Positions 1-10,654 are shown, counted from the stretch's first letter. The stretch: 61,946 nucleotides of DNA from Planctomycetota bacterium (GCA_014584305.1 JACTND010000235.1:1-61946); one strand, 5' to 3'. Notes: generated from the letters alone by a model not told the origin. Program-made: numbers and translations.

Positions 1-908
1 TCTTGGCCCGCCACATTTTCCTCTTCCGTAAATTCAGGGTCGATCTCCGCCATCCCCGGCGGCTTTGTCGAACTGACCGTGATGAACGTGAATGGCACGG
101 GGTCCAACGAATCGAGCGCGTTGCGTTTGTCCGTCCGGCGCAGTACCGGCAGCAGCTTGTCGTCGGGGCGAATCCAAGCGGGCGAGGCCGTGTTGGTTTC
201 CGCCTCCCATTCGCCGTCTTCGTTCCGGCGGACGCGCCAACAGGAATTGATCGCCCGGGCGCGCAAGGTCACGTGATTGGACTCGGTCACATGATCAATT
301 CGGGCCAATGGCATAAATGCAATCCGCATCGCCTCGAAGACCACCGCATCGGCATGGGCCAAGGCATCCAAGTCGCGTTGAATCAAGGCGCTCCATTGCC
401 GCGTCAACACGTCAAACTCGCGGACATCGGCCTTCAACCCCGTGCCGGCCTCGCTCAGACAAACCAACACGAGTTTGTCGTCGAAGGCGGCCTCCGCCGT
501 CGCCGCAACTTCCCTCAACTGGTTGACGTCACGGACGCCATCCATGCAACGATAATTCCACCGGGCGGGCGCATGCTCCGCAAACACCTCCCAAGCGCTA
601 CCGTCCAATACTTCCGCGCGCTGTACTAATTGATCCGGCAACCAATGGGCAACGGAGGTCGCAATGGGGCTGCCGTCGGTGCACAACCACACGCGGACCC
701 GATAATGTTGGTACTCCCAAGCGCGATCGGTGGGCAAAATGCCATCTTTGGGTGCCGGCGGCGGATCTTGGATGGCCGGTGCGCGCGATGGCAATACCAC
801 CAGGCAACTGAACCAGACGACCGTTAACAAGCACCACATCCACCCGCGGCGTTGGCAAGGGGAAACGCCCAAACACAACGATTGTCCAAATCCGTGCGAG
901 GAACTCAT
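1..908 (-). CDS. hypothetical membrane-anchored protein, partial (runs off the left edge); absent from the supplied ORF track
   Basis: Manual minus-strand translation. ATG at 908-906 overlaps the TGA of the upstream gene (ATGA coupling). The frame stays open down to base 3, checked triplet by triplet: no TTA/CTA/TCA in the matching + register. N-terminus MSSSHGFGQS...RRGWMWCLLTVVWFSCLVVLPS contains one hydrophobic helix. It continues ...SAWEVFAEHAPARWNYRCMDGVRDVNQLREV... The listed 3..629 + ORF is its antisense shadow. Confidence 0.7.
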   Translation of the reverse strand, partial: MSSSHGFGQSLCLGVSPCQRRGWMWCLLTVVWFSCLVVLPSRAPAIQDPPPAPKDGILPTDRAWEYQHYRVRVWLCTDGSPIATSVAHWLPDQLVQRAEVLDGSAWEVFAEHAPARWNYRCMDGVRDVNQLREVAATAEAAFDDKLVLVCLSEAGTGLKADVREFDVLTRQWSALIQRDLDALAHADAVVFEAMRIAFMPLARIDHVTESNHVTLRARAINSCWRVRRNEDGEWEAETNTASPAWIRPDDKLLPVLRRTDKRNALDSLDPVPFTFITVSSTKPPGMAEIDPEFTEEENVAGQ

Positions 909-3394
909 TGGGACACTCCTCCCGCGATCAGCGGTTGCATCCGCCATTTGTCCACGTGCTGATACAAGTAAATCAAATCGCGACCGGTATCCCCCACATG
1001 ATTTCGATACGCGTAAAACTCGCGCATCTGATACAGGGGAATTACGGAAACGTCGTTCAACAGTTGGCGATGCATTTGCCGCAAATTGAGGCTGGCATCC
1101 CGCCAACTGCGCGAGAAACTCACGGCGCGCATGGTTTGTTCGGACGGTGCGCTGATTTTCCGGACTAAACCCTGAGGACCGAACAAGAAACTGGCCTCGA
1201 CCAACGGTTCGTTCATCATCATCTCCGTGTACAGCAAATCGTAGTCGTCGTCTTCAGGAATGGTTACTCCCGGTGGCAGCGGGCGCAGTTTGGTTTTCAC
1301 ACCAATCGCCGCCCACTGCGCTGCAATCGCCGTACAAGCCACCGTCGCCACCTCGCCGGCGGGATAGGCTAAGACCAATTCGGGAACCTCCACCACTGGG
1401 TCCTTGACTCCCGACTCGATCAATTTGTTGCGCAACATCTCGACACATGCGGCCACCATCACGCGGGCAATCACATCACTATACGGGATCGGCATCACTC
1501 GCATGTCATAGGCGTAACTGATCTGATCGTTCCCGGCCATGCCAATCGGAAACGGACCATCGATGACATCGCAACCATTTTCCGTACGCCCGCCCATCAA
1601 CATGTTTTGCAAGATCAGTTCGCGGTTAATGCCGCGATACAAGCCGGAGCGGAAGACCAACGTTTGCGAGAACTCGTTCCGTTGATTGATACATAACATG
1701 TGGACCGTGGGGACCATATAGGAACGAACTTCAATATTCGCGTTGCGTCGCAACCGCGGCAAATCGATCGGCGTAATGCGATCGACCAAATCGATTTCGC
1801 CACGGATCAACGCATCCACCGCGGCCGAAGGGCTGTCAAACAAGAATTCCACGATCTCGGGATACTGGCCCCCTGGATCGCCGGCGTAGCGCGTGTTCAC
1901 CCGAAACACATTCGTGTGATCGTCGCCCGAGACCATCGTGTAGGGGCCATCCCAGGTTTCTTCTTCTGTCAACTGGTCCGTATAGGGGAAATGGAGCAGC
2001 GCTTCGGGTTTAACAAAGGGAATTTTTAGACGAATATCGACGCGCCTTTCGTCCACAATAGCTACGGTTCCCAGTATTTTCGCCCAAGCCTCGCGGTAGT
2101 GTGGATTTTCTGGATTCGGATCGGCATGACGCAGGAGGCGATAGGCCAATTGATTGGCTGTGATCCCCGGGACCGCAAATGCCCGCTTTTCCGGGTCAAT
2201 TTCAAATCGGTACGACATTCCAATATTGTCCAAGGGGTACAGGCGTCCATTGAGAAACTCGTATTTGCCCCCTTCTTCGGACAATCCAGTCAATTCCACA
2301 ATTCGACGTTGGGTCAATCGCCCGACGCGGCGGGAAGCCCAGTCTTCCAGCCGATTGGGATCTGGACGCAAAGCGGGCTGACTCACGCCGACAAATACGA
2401 GCGGAAACTCCTCCAAAATCCTATTCAGCCACTCAACAGCCTCCGGTCGCTCCGGCAAAATCTCCCGGGCCTTCAAGGCGGCCAAGCGCGCAGCGCGCGG
2501 TTGTTGCGTCTCAAAGGCCGCGGCAGCTTGAGCAATTTCGTTGTCGTACAACGTCGTCAGCATTTCTCGGATACGGCTGATCAATCCGCGCGCCGGCGGG
2601 CCGTAGCGGTCGGCCAAGCTAACCAACGACGCCCGAGCCCCGTCGTACAAGCCTTGCTCAATGCGCTGTTTAATCGCCCGCTCATGACAATCCAATATCA
2701 GGTCGATCGAGCGCAGGTTCTCACCGGGAATCCGAAACCCCGGATCCTGACGATACACTTCCTCAAAAATCGATAGGGCGATATCGTAGTCCGCTCGGTC
2801 ATATGCCGCTTTAGCGTCCATCAACATGACCGAGCGAATCCGCGAAACAATCGCTGAGTTGCGGCCACCCTCGCGATCATAAACGCGCATCAGACTGCGA
2901 AATGCCCGGGCGAACTCGTTCTTGGCCACCATCTCGTCGGCATGTTCCAAAAGAAGCTCGTTGTATGTCTTGTAGTTAATGACGTTAGCCCAAGGAACGA
3001 TGTATTGGTTGAGTGAGTCTTCGGGCAAGTCGAAAATCAATCCACCTTCTCTAGGCAATGGTCGCGAGGGCGGATTCAGTAAGGGAACAATGTCCAGCGT
3101 TGCGAACTTGTTGAACTCATCTAAGTAAAGGCGATCAAACGGTTCGCGCTCCACTAAATCCGTGGCTTCGTTCAATCGCCGATTGCGCTCGAACGCGGCA
3201 GCTTGCTGAGAAAAGTAATCGTCACTTTTCGGAGCATCTTGTCCCACAGCCCTGGCGGCCCCGATCAGGAGCAGGGCTACCGCCGCGAGCCACCGATTGC
3301 CGATAACGCTGCACTTCCGCGGATGGTGAAGCGGTTCTTGCAGCATCTGTACCTTCATTCGATCCCCTGAATGTGTGCCCATGGGAGCCATCAT
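905..3394 (-). CDS. secreted solute-binding-protein family 5-like protein with N-terminal helical extension
   Basis: 829-aa ORF. Signal-like segment NRWLAAVALLLIGAARAVG; a more likely start is the ATG at 3358 (MKVQMLQEPL...). The C-terminal half (EIVEFLFDSPSAAVDALIRGEIDLVDRITPIDL..., VPTVHMLCINQRN..., LLYTEMMMNEPL) resembles peptide/nickel-type ABC substrate-binding proteins. It abuts the upstream gene with no gap. Confidence 0.6.
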   Translation of the reverse strand: MMAPMGTHSGDRMKVQMLQEPLHHPRKCSVIGNRWLAAVALLLIGAARAVGQDAPKSDDYFSQQAAAFERNRRLNEATDLVEREPFDRLYLDEFNKFATLDIVPLLNPPSRPLPREGGLIFDLPEDSLNQYIVPWANVINYKTYNELLLEHADEMVAKNEFARAFRSLMRVYDREGGRNSAIVSRIRSVMLMDAKAAYDRADYDIALSIFEEVYRQDPGFRIPGENLRSIDLILDCHERAIKQRIEQGLYDGARASLVSLADRYGPPARGLISRIREMLTTLYDNEIAQAAAAFETQQPRAARLAALKAREILPERPEAVEWLNRILEEFPLVFVGVSQPALRPDPNRLEDWASRRVGRLTQRRIVELTGLSEEGGKYEFLNGRLYPLDNIGMSYRFEIDPEKRAFAVPGITANQLAYRLLRHADPNPENPHYREAWAKILGTVAIVDERRVDIRLKIPFVKPEALLHFPYTDQLTEEETWDGPYTMVSGDDHTNVFRVNTRYAGDPGGQYPEIVEFLFDSPSAAVDALIRGEIDLVDRITPIDLPRLRRNANIEVRSYMVPTVHMLCINQRNEFSQTLVFRSGLYRGINRELILQNMLMGGRTENGCDVIDGPFPIGMAGNDQISYAYDMRVMPIPYSDVIARVMVAACVEMLRNKLIESGVKDPVVEVPELVLAYPAGEVATVACTAIAAQWAAIGVKTKLRPLPPGVTIPEDDDYDLLYTEMMMNEPLVEASFLFGPQGLVRKISAPSEQTMRAVSFSRSWRDASLNLRQMHRQLLNDVSVIPLYQMREFYAYRNHVGDTGRDLIYLYQHVDKWRMQPLIAGGVSQ

Positions 3395-6300
3395 TTACTG
3401 CCGATTCTTGTCCACAAAGATCAGGCCGCCATCCAACGTCCCGACGGCATAGTACTTGCCAAAGTTCACGGCGGCATGGCGAATAGGTTGTCCCAAATCG
3501 ACAGCCCCCACCACCTCGCCACTGCTGTTGATCGATACAAGCTGTCCCGATTCCCAAACGAGCAGAGTCCCGCCGTTGTCCGTGACGACGGCCGCGCTCA
3601 AGCGGCCCATGGGGGCGGGATACTTCCATTGAATCTCGCCCTGTGAATTCACTCCATAGGCGAACCCATCGTCACAGGCCAGGACGAATAGTGTGCCGGC
3701 GGACCACGGGCCAGCGACCGCACGACCTGGCAAGGCAAGTGCTTGACGCGCCGTCAACTCGGCCGAACAGTCGAACAACTGCAACGAGTCTCCTTGTTCT
3801 CCGCGGACTGCGGCGGCACCGATGTCGCCTGTAGCCGCGATGGGACCAACCAATTTACCGCTAACGGTCGCCTCAGCCGACTTTAACAAAGCGCGGTCGC
3901 CGTCAGCCCGCAACAAGTACATCATGTTATCGCCGTCACCAACCAGAACGCGCTGGTCCGGCAAAACGGCGGGTGCATTCCATTGAATTTTCTGTCCCGG
4001 CGATAAAGGAGGTTGAAAGGGCGCCCCGACCGGACGGCCGTTGATCGGGTTGACGCGCATCACTTGACCTTGCAACGACGACGCCAACAACGTGTCGCCG
4101 AGCACCGTTGGCGGGCAGGCGAGCGCATCGGCTGGACTGGCAAATCGTATTCGCTGACTATTCGATAATCCTGGCGCCAATGTCAAGACATCCACTCCGC
4201 CTTCGCCAGTGCACACGACGCGTCCGTCGGGTAATACGGTGTTGGCCAGATAAACAAACGGCGTATCCGTTTCGCTCGGTTGCAACGCGCGCGTCAAGGA
4301 CCCACCTTCGACTTCGTCCTCGGTAATGGTGAATACATCGCCTTGAGTAGAAATCGCGACCAGCCGATCGCCAGAAACGATTGGCGCTCCGGCCAACGCA
4401 CCGCCGAAATCAACCGACCACGCATCCACCAAACTGTTGGCGTCAGCACCGGCCAGCCGAATCTGGCGGGCTCCCGAGCGCTGCCGCAGGCTGACGAGTC
4501 GGTTATTCTGTTTTCCCAGAACTCCCAAGAACGTATCGAGCGGAGCAACCGCTTTTTCGCGGTTGATTTGACCTTGCGAGCGCAGGATACGAAAATGCAT
4601 GATTCCCTTCGCGGCAATAAACAAATCACTCGCTTCCGACGATACAAAAACCTCTTGCCCTCCAAAGCTATCGAACTTCTGTTCCGCCAGCACGCGCAAG
4701 GGAGTCTCCGGCTCTGTGGGTGTTAACTCGATCAATTTGATTTGCCCATTCTCCGAAACGTAGAGCACCAAGCGCCCCAATCGGATCGGCGGCAAAGTCA
4801 CTGGCCCTGACGCCAAACGGATCAATTGAACGCGTTGCAGCGCGCGACCTTCCTCCTCGACGCGCAACGCCATGATTTCGCAATAGTCGCCGCCGTTTAG
4901 TGTCGCGATCAAATGGCCGGACCAATAAACCGGGGGAATCGCCGCGGCACCGACGGCATGGCCCGTGTAATAGACATGGCGGCATTCCAGTGATTCCGCG
5001 TCCAGTACATAGATGTTTGAATCGTAGCCCACCACGAAAATGATCGGCACCTGCTCCTGGGCTTCGACGGAAACCGTCAAACGCTTGGGAATCTGCACCG
5101 CTTTCTTGGTGCGACCGCTGGCGGGATCCAGGGCGATCACCAAGCCGTCATCGGTAGCAATATAAACCGCCTGCGACGTGGCTGTCGGCTGGGCAAATTT
5201 GCGGCCAATAGTGGTTTTCCAAATCAACTCACCCGTTCGTGCGTTGATCCGCATCACGTCATGAGAACGCTGATCGCAGACCAACAAGTCACGCCTTTCA
5301 TTGGGATCCGTCCAGACGGGAAGGAGACGACTTTCCCAGCCAATCGCTCGATGCCACAACAGATTTCCATTGCCCCCCTCGGCGACATAGACATTTCCGT
5401 TCATCAGGAACGGCAACAATTCGCCAGCGTCGCCACCCGCTGCACCGCGTCGCGAGAGCAGTAAGTGCTTGGCGGCATAGGGCGGCGCCGCGTCCACATC
5501 GGTTGTGACCAAGGCAAGTTCTATGGGGCGCACCAGACGCGCTTCGCTTTCGCTGACGTTCATCATCGCTTCGCGCAGTTCTTTTCGCGCTCCGAGGTCG
5601 CCATAGGTCCGCGTCAATCGGGTATAAACTTGAAACGCGGAACCCGTCTGGCCTTGCGCCGCAAAGCGCTCGATCTCAGCTACTGAATCCCGGAAGACTT
5701 GCTCCTTGGTAATTAACCCTTCGATCGTGCGAATATTATTCTCTATTTGTTCCAAGGGCCCGGCGTTGAAAGGCATGCGCCGTTGGACCGATGTCACATA
5801 AACCGGATTCTCGACCAATTGATTCGCTTCTTGCGCCCGGGCCAATTCGCGTTTCACGTCTTCGATATTTCTTTGTGCCATCGCAATTTGCGTCATGCGA
5901 TAGGTCGTTTGGATCAGAACCCGCGCCAAATCCTCTTGGATGTCGGAGAATTCCGGTAAGTCCTCCAGTTGTGGCAACCATTCCTTGGCCAACGTCAATA
6001 CTTCACCATAGTTTTTCATGCCAAAAGGAATCACCAATCGGCAATGGAATGCACGGACCCGCGCATAGTTGACTTTATCGCTTCTGGGAAAACGCTGGAT
6101 AAACTGCTCGTACGTCGGGCCCGCCGACGAAAAGTTGTTCTGGAAGTATTCTTGGTCCGCTTGACCCAGCATTTGGTCGGCGCTGATGTGCGTCATGTAC
6201 CAGGCCAGCACTCCGAGCGCGATGAGCAACAGCGCTAACGCACCCGTGCCGACATACATCCATCGCGTCTTCCACTGGTTGGATTTGTCAATCTTGCCCT

Positions 6301-6847
6301 TAAACGTCAGTTTCTCATGATGTGCCTCCTCTTGCGCGGAGGAACTCCACGGGTCGTCCAGCCCCGTGGCTGCGTATCCGGCTTGCGGCTGCCCGTACAG
6401 AGGAGCATCTAAATCGTTTGGGATCGCGACTGCCATCGGAGCGTCAGCCAAGTTATGGGCCGAAGCTGTCTTACCCTGCAGTTCCAGCGGACGGTATTGG
6501 CGCGTCGGCCCCGAAGGTACTGGCGAGCCTCCATTGCGATTAGCAGGTGACGCCGGCGTCGCCACTGGTTTGGCCACTCGAATCCCCGTCAAATCATCGG
6601 TGTCGAACTCCTTTTCAGCAGCTTGTTGGACGGCAAACTCTCCCCCGTCCGTTCCCCGTAAGGGGATGTCGCCAGCCAAGAACACTTCTCCTTCTTCCTC
6701 AGTCAAGTGTCCCTTGGCGACCAAGTACTTGATGACCGCCTTCGGCTTGTGGCCCTTGCCTTGTATTTCACGACGCAGCTTGATCAAGGTTTTGATTTCG
6801 ACCAAACCCGAACGCTCAATTCGATCAAGCAGTTCTTTGGCAGTCAT
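3395..6847 (-). CDS. membrane-anchored PQQ-like (BamB-type) beta-propeller repeat protein
   Basis: 1150-aa ORF. One TM helix (WMYVGTGALALLLIALGVLAWYM). The C-terminal ~650 aa is built of repeated GxV(Y/F)(V/I)xxxDGxL(I/Y)ALD-type blades, for example VYIATDDGLVIALDPASG, NIYVLDAESL, MMYLLRADGD, GLIFVDKN. Confidence 0.7.
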   Translation of the reverse strand: MTAKELLDRIERSGLVEIKTLIKLRREIQGKGHKPKAVIKYLVAKGHLTEEEGEVFLAGDIPLRGTDGGEFAVQQAAEKEFDTDDLTGIRVAKPVATPASPANRNGGSPVPSGPTRQYRPLELQGKTASAHNLADAPMAVAIPNDLDAPLYGQPQAGYAATGLDDPWSSSAQEEAHHEKLTFKGKIDKSNQWKTRWMYVGTGALALLLIALGVLAWYMTHISADQMLGQADQEYFQNNFSSAGPTYEQFIQRFPRSDKVNYARVRAFHCRLVIPFGMKNYGEVLTLAKEWLPQLEDLPEFSDIQEDLARVLIQTTYRMTQIAMAQRNIEDVKRELARAQEANQLVENPVYVTSVQRRMPFNAGPLEQIENNIRTIEGLITKEQVFRDSVAEIERFAAQGQTGSAFQVYTRLTRTYGDLGARKELREAMMNVSESEARLVRPIELALVTTDVDAAPPYAAKHLLLSRRGAAGGDAGELLPFLMNGNVYVAEGGNGNLLWHRAIGWESRLLPVWTDPNERRDLLVCDQRSHDVMRINARTGELIWKTTIGRKFAQPTATSQAVYIATDDGLVIALDPASGRTKKAVQIPKRLTVSVEAQEQVPIIFVVGYDSNIYVLDAESLECRHVYYTGHAVGAAAIPPVYWSGHLIATLNGGDYCEIMALRVEEEGRALQRVQLIRLASGPVTLPPIRLGRLVLYVSENGQIKLIELTPTEPETPLRVLAEQKFDSFGGQEVFVSSEASDLFIAAKGIMHFRILRSQGQINREKAVAPLDTFLGVLGKQNNRLVSLRQRSGARQIRLAGADANSLVDAWSVDFGGALAGAPIVSGDRLVAISTQGDVFTITEDEVEGGSLTRALQPSETDTPFVYLANTVLPDGRVVCTGEGGVDVLTLAPGLSNSQRIRFASPADALACPPTVLGDTLLASSLQGQVMRVNPINGRPVGAPFQPPLSPGQKIQWNAPAVLPDQRVLVGDGDNMMYLLRADGDRALLKSAEATVSGKLVGPIAATGDIGAAAVRGEQGDSLQLFDCSAELTARQALALPGRAVAGPWSAGTLFVLACDDGFAYGVNSQGEIQWKYPAPMGRLSAAVVTDNGGTLLVWESGQLVSINSSGEVVGAVDLGQPIRHAAVNFGKYYAVGTLDGGLIFVDKNRQ

Positions 6848-6912
6848 GCTGTTCCTCTAACAACTAGCTCTCTGATGGTCCGAACAGTATCTATGATGTC
6901 GAATGGCACTGG

Positions 6913-7614
6913 CTAAAAGTCTTCTTCCGTCGTTCGCAAGATGATCTGATCCATGCCAATGGCTATACCGGAATCCCAGACGGCCGTCACACGACCATGC
7001 GTCGATTCGGTGTGCGCGCGGATCTTCAGCACACGCGCGCCAAAATCAGTCTTGGCCTGCTTAATCCGTTCGCGCATTTCGCGTTCTGTTGGCGCTTCCA
7101 CGTCGCCCTGACTGCGGGTAGTAACAAAATACGAGTTGTTTTGATCGACGATCACTTCCACATACTCATCTTCTTCCGTGGGATCTTCGATTTGCGTGAA
7201 GGCCGGATCCTCAGTCATTGCGGGGGGCGTTTCGATGGTCTGCTGCAACGTGAACGACGCCGTCACCATGAAAAAGATCAACAGCAAAAACACGACATCG
7301 ACCATCGGCGTCATATCCATGTCGTCAGCGGGGAGCGGCCCCTTCTGTGAAAAATCGACCGGCGGTTCTTCGTCGCCATCGTCCGGGTCATCTTCCTCCA
7401 AGCCTTTCCAGGCCATGCGCCGTGCCCGGTCGTCGTCACGGAGGGCCGGGATCTCGCGTGTGATTGGCGTGCCGGGAATCGGAATCGACTCCAGCGGCGG
7501 TCGGTCTCCCTGTGGCAATTGAGCCAACTCACCTGACGGCGGCATAAGCTCAAATCCGCCATCACCGGTGTCGTCGGCCTGCGAAGAACTTGATAGATCG
7601 GTGTCGCTGCTCAT
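6913..7614 (-). CDS. exbD: ExbD/TolR-family biopolymer transport protein with long acidic N-terminal extension
   Basis: 233 aa. Characteristic ExbD TM motif DMTPMVDVVFLLLIFFMVTASF followed by a periplasmic domain. Sits in a row with a second exbD and exbB. Confidence 0.8.
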   Translation of the reverse strand: MSSDTDLSSSSQADDTGDGGFELMPPSGELAQLPQGDRPPLESIPIPGTPITREIPALRDDDRARRMAWKGLEEDDPDDGDEEPPVDFSQKGPLPADDMDMTPMVDVVFLLLIFFMVTASFTLQQTIETPPAMTEDPAFTQIEDPTEEDEYVEVIVDQNNSYFVTTRSQGDVEAPTEREMRERIKQAKTDFGARVLKIRAHTESTHGRVTAVWDSGIAIGMDQIILRTTEEDF

Positions 7615-7621
7615 TTTTGGG

Positions 7622-8113
7622 CTACCGCAACTGTTCCACGCCGATGAAAATCTGCCGGGTTTGCGCCATCGCCGAATTGCCGACCCCGCGCTTGATCATC
7701 TCAATCACGCCGGTTTTCACCTCGCGATCCCCTTTGATCATGACGCCAATCGCGTCAGGTTTCCGCGTGTATTCGCTTTCGACGTACTGACCAATTTCCT
7801 CTTCAATGGCGATCGGATCGGAAGCGCGCACTAATTGATTTTCGTCCTTGGACCGCCCCTTGTAAATCAAGCTGCTTCCCGGCGTCGGCCCGGGAACTGC
7901 AACCAGCACAATGCAGTTTTTCTCCGGGATGGTCGAACCGTATTGGGCCTTGGGCATGGCCACGGGATCCGACGGATCCATCTTCGAGCACATCACGAAG
8001 AACGCCAACAACAAGAAGACGATATCGATCATCGGCGTGATGTCGAGATCAGCCTCCTCGGTTTTGACCTTCTTCGGTCGCACATCAACCAGGTCCGCTA
8101 CCACGTCGGTCAT
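7622..8113 (-). CDS. exbD: ExbD/TolR-family biopolymer transport protein
   Basis: 163 aa. Motif DITPMIDIVFLLLAFFVM. 18 nt downstream of exbB. Confidence 0.85.
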   Translation of the reverse strand: MTDVVADLVDVRPKKVKTEEADLDITPMIDIVFLLLAFFVMCSKMDPSDPVAMPKAQYGSTIPEKNCIVLVAVPGPTPGSSLIYKGRSKDENQLVRASDPIAIEEEIGQYVESEYTRKPDAIGVMIKGDREVKTGVIEMIKRGVGNSAMAQTRQIFIGVEQLR

Positions 8114-8131
8114 TTCGTTGCCGCCCTGCTG

Positions 8132-8773
8132 CTACTTGTTTGGAAATCGCGTCAACGTGTTGCGGAAAATTTCCAGGAATTGGTTGATCCCGTAAGAAAT
8201 CAGGTCATCCATTTTGCGAATCTGGACGTTGATGTAAGCCGTACACAGCACCAAGGGAATGGCGATGGCCAAACCCAACGCGGTGGTAATCAACGCGAAT
8301 TGGATATCGCCGGCCAATTTATCCGGTTCCACGGTTTTCGCCGCCGCCAACTTCGCGAAGGCCGCCATCATACCCATCACCGTACCCAACAATCCCAACA
8401 TGGGGGCCGCCTTGATGACGGTATAGACCCAACTCAAACGAAAATCCAAATCTTGGAGGACGTCGCGGTGGAAGCGATCGACGACGAGTTGTTTGACCTT
8501 GGAGAAGCTGAGTTCGCGATTTTCCAAGGCGAGTTGCGCCAACTGACACACGGCCCGCCGATCCCCCTCGCAAACTTCCACGGCGCCCTTGTAATCGCCT
8601 CGCCCGAGCGGCTGCTCAATCGCTTCCAAAAAGGCGATTTGCGCTTCCTCATTGGGAAATTGTTTCTGTTTCACGCGGTTCCAGACCACGATCACACAGT
8701 ACGCTCCCCAAGCGGCAACGACGCCGATGATCACATAGATCAAATTGCCTAAAGCCGAAAAAATCGTGTCCAT
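8132..8773 (-). CDS. exbB: MotA/TolQ/ExbB proton-channel family protein
   Basis: 213 aa, three TM segments. Conserved AAPMLGLLGTVMGMMAAF and ALITTALGLAIAIPLV motifs. Confidence 0.85.
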   Translation of the reverse strand: MDTIFSALGNLIYVIIGVVAAWGAYCVIVVWNRVKQKQFPNEEAQIAFLEAIEQPLGRGDYKGAVEVCEGDRRAVCQLAQLALENRELSFSKVKQLVVDRFHRDVLQDLDFRLSWVYTVIKAAPMLGLLGTVMGMMAAFAKLAAAKTVEPDKLAGDIQFALITTALGLAIAIPLVLCTAYINVQIRKMDDLISYGINQFLEIFRNTLTRFPNK

Positions 8774-8846
8774 AGTCCCTGTAACTTGTGTTGATTGCTG
8801 ACTGTCTGGAAAACCCCATTATGATCGGCCGCGGCCGATTCGCCAA

Positions 8847-9734
8847 TCAATTGCGATAGGTTTGATTGGAAACCTCAAATCGATAACCGCCGCCAACTTC
8901 CTTGATTTTGAAAAATGTGTTCTTGACCTCCAGTAACGTACGCCCCTGCTGTTTCAGGTACTCCGCTTCCACGGCCCGCAATTGGCTCAACGTCTCCTCG
9001 TTGAAAAACTGAACGATCAAAGAACTCTCGGCGTCGCGGCCTACCGTGTCGCGTATCATCCGTTCATCCCACCTCTGCATACGCGGCTGCTGATGGCCAA
9101 AATAGACGCTTCCTTTGTCGTTTTCTGTTTTGCGATCGGTGCGTATCACGCGCCGCGCGCCGCCAGGGTCGCCAATCCGAATGATCTGATTGTTCGTTTC
9201 GCTGACTGCCCCCAGATCGATTTTAAAATAGCTCAACTGCCGAGCATACGTATTGATGTCGTTCGCCTCATAGATGACCTTCCATCGCTTGTGTTCTGGA
9301 ATGACCCCATCGCCCCCCTTTCCGCCACCGTCGCGCGACCCTAATCCGCGGCCGCGCCCCATTGCTTCCGCAGACCCATCCCGGACATCCAGGTGCGCTT
9401 GGACTGACGACACGCTCACGACGGCTTCCAACGCATCTCGGAGTTGCGGCACCTCGACCTCGGGAAACTCCTCGACACCAGGTTCCAGAATGTCGTCCGC
9501 TTCACCTAAGGGCTTGTCTTCACCCGGATCCTCTTCCGAATACATCATCGGCGGAGTTTGCCGTGAGGAAAATCGCAACGTAGTCAACCACAGCATGAAT
9601 AACACCGAGACCAGAAAAGTAACGATGATCAACATCGTCACCAACCAGCCGTTGACGCGATCATACCTGGAGACCCTGGTTTCCACATGGTCCCGCGGTC
9701 GTATCAATACGGAATCGGTTGTACTCATCGTCAT
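8847..9734 (-). CDS. hypothetical single-pass membrane protein (paralog 1), in the position where a TonB-like partner would be expected
   Basis: 295 aa. N-terminal TM (WLVTMLIIVTFLVSVLFMLWL), an acidic/Pro linker, then a C-terminal domain homologous to the next gene (HKRWKVIYEANDINTYARQLSYFKIDLGAV vs HKRWMLEYRVADSATYAQLLSQFGIAIGVV). Confidence 0.7.
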   Translation of the reverse strand: MTMSTTDSVLIRPRDHVETRVSRYDRVNGWLVTMLIIVTFLVSVLFMLWLTTLRFSSRQTPPMMYSEEDPGEDKPLGEADDILEPGVEEFPEVEVPQLRDALEAVVSVSSVQAHLDVRDGSAEAMGRGRGLGSRDGGGKGGDGVIPEHKRWKVIYEANDINTYARQLSYFKIDLGAVSETNNQIIRIGDPGGARRVIRTDRKTENDKGSVYFGHQQPRMQRWDERMIRDTVGRDAESSLIVQFFNEETLSQLRAVEAEYLKQQGRTLLEVKNTFFKIKEVGGGYRFEVSNQTYRN

Positions 9735-9750
9735 ATACTCCTCAACGCGA

Positions 9751-10644
9751 TCACCGCGACGTCATAGCCGGTTGGCACCGCTGATCGGTGACAGCCACGC
9801 CAAAGCCGCTTTCGCCGCCTGTCAACTCGAATACCGTGGTCCGAATTTCGTCCAGCGATCGCCCCGCGTTCGCTGCAAACGTGGTCGCCAGTTGTTTCAA
9901 CAATTCGACAATTCTCACGGGCGAGAACTGCACAATCAGACATTCCTCAGTATCAACTCCGGGGCGGGGCGCCGATTCGGTATCCCACCGCCGCAGCGAC
10001 ACGTGCCGATGGCCAAAACAGCTCGCATTCCTCTTATTTTCCTGTTGACGGGAACTCTCGATCACGCGCCCTTCGCCACCTGGATCCGCCACCTTCCAAA
10101 TCGCATGTACCGTCCGAGGTACCACCCCGATCGCGATGCCGAATTGACTGAGCAACTGCGCGTAAGTAGCCGAATCCGCGACCCGATATTCTAGCATCCA
10201 ACGCTTATGAGGCGGGCGAACGCCACAGACAACGCCGAGATCACCACTACTCGGACCAGCGCCCCGAATGACCGTGAGCCCGGTTCCGGTTGAGATCGGC
10301 TGATCCGTGATTTGATCGACCGCCAGAACGACCGATTCCAGGATCTTAGACAATGTCGTCACCGCCAGTTCCGGGAGCGATACTTCTTTGGGATTCGCCA
10401 ACGGCGCCTGGCCGCCATTTGTCGAATTGTCCCCCGCATGCTGCTCCATAATCAACAGCGCTGACCCTGACCTTACGCTGGGTGATTGGTTCACAACCAT
10501 GATGACCAGGGTGAAGGTCAAGAATCCGACAATGACCAAACTGGTGACCAGCCAGGCGTTGCATCGGTGGTAAGATAGGACAGTCGAATTCGATTCGAAG
10601 GTTCTTGAAACCGCGGATTCCAACCGCCATTCATCATTGCGCAT
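9751..10644 (-). CDS. hypothetical single-pass membrane protein (paralog 2)
   Basis: 297 aa. Same architecture as 8847..9734 and clear sequence similarity to it, i.e. a tandem duplication. Confidence 0.7.
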   Translation of the reverse strand: MRNDEWRLESAVSRTFESNSTVLSYHRCNAWLVTSLVIVGFLTFTLVIMVVNQSPSVRSGSALLIMEQHAGDNSTNGGQAPLANPKEVSLPELAVTTLSKILESVVLAVDQITDQPISTGTGLTVIRGAGPSSGDLGVVCGVRPPHKRWMLEYRVADSATYAQLLSQFGIAIGVVPRTVHAIWKVADPGGEGRVIESSRQQENKRNASCFGHRHVSLRRWDTESAPRPGVDTEECLIVQFSPVRIVELLKQLATTFAANAGRSLDEIRTTVFELTGGESGFGVAVTDQRCQPAMTSR

Positions 10645-10654
10645 CCCCTACCTC

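Noticed and set aside
3-629. 208-aa plus-strand ORF at the left edge
   Set aside because: Its sequence is Arg/Gly-rich and low in complexity. It lies in the exact antisense register of a minus-strand frame that reads as a convincing protein and is ATGA-coupled to the upstream gene. It is a shadow ORF.
7835-8752. 305-aa plus-strand ORF across exbD/exbB
   Set aside because: It is antisense to two genes with unmistakable ExbD/ExbB motifs, and its composition (many R, H, Q, G) is typical of GC-rich antisense frames.
9274-10194. 306-aa plus-strand ORF spanning the two paralogous membrane-protein genes
   Set aside because: It crosses the intergenic gap of two well-supported minus-strand genes, and its Ser/Pro/Arg-rich sequence has no domain character.
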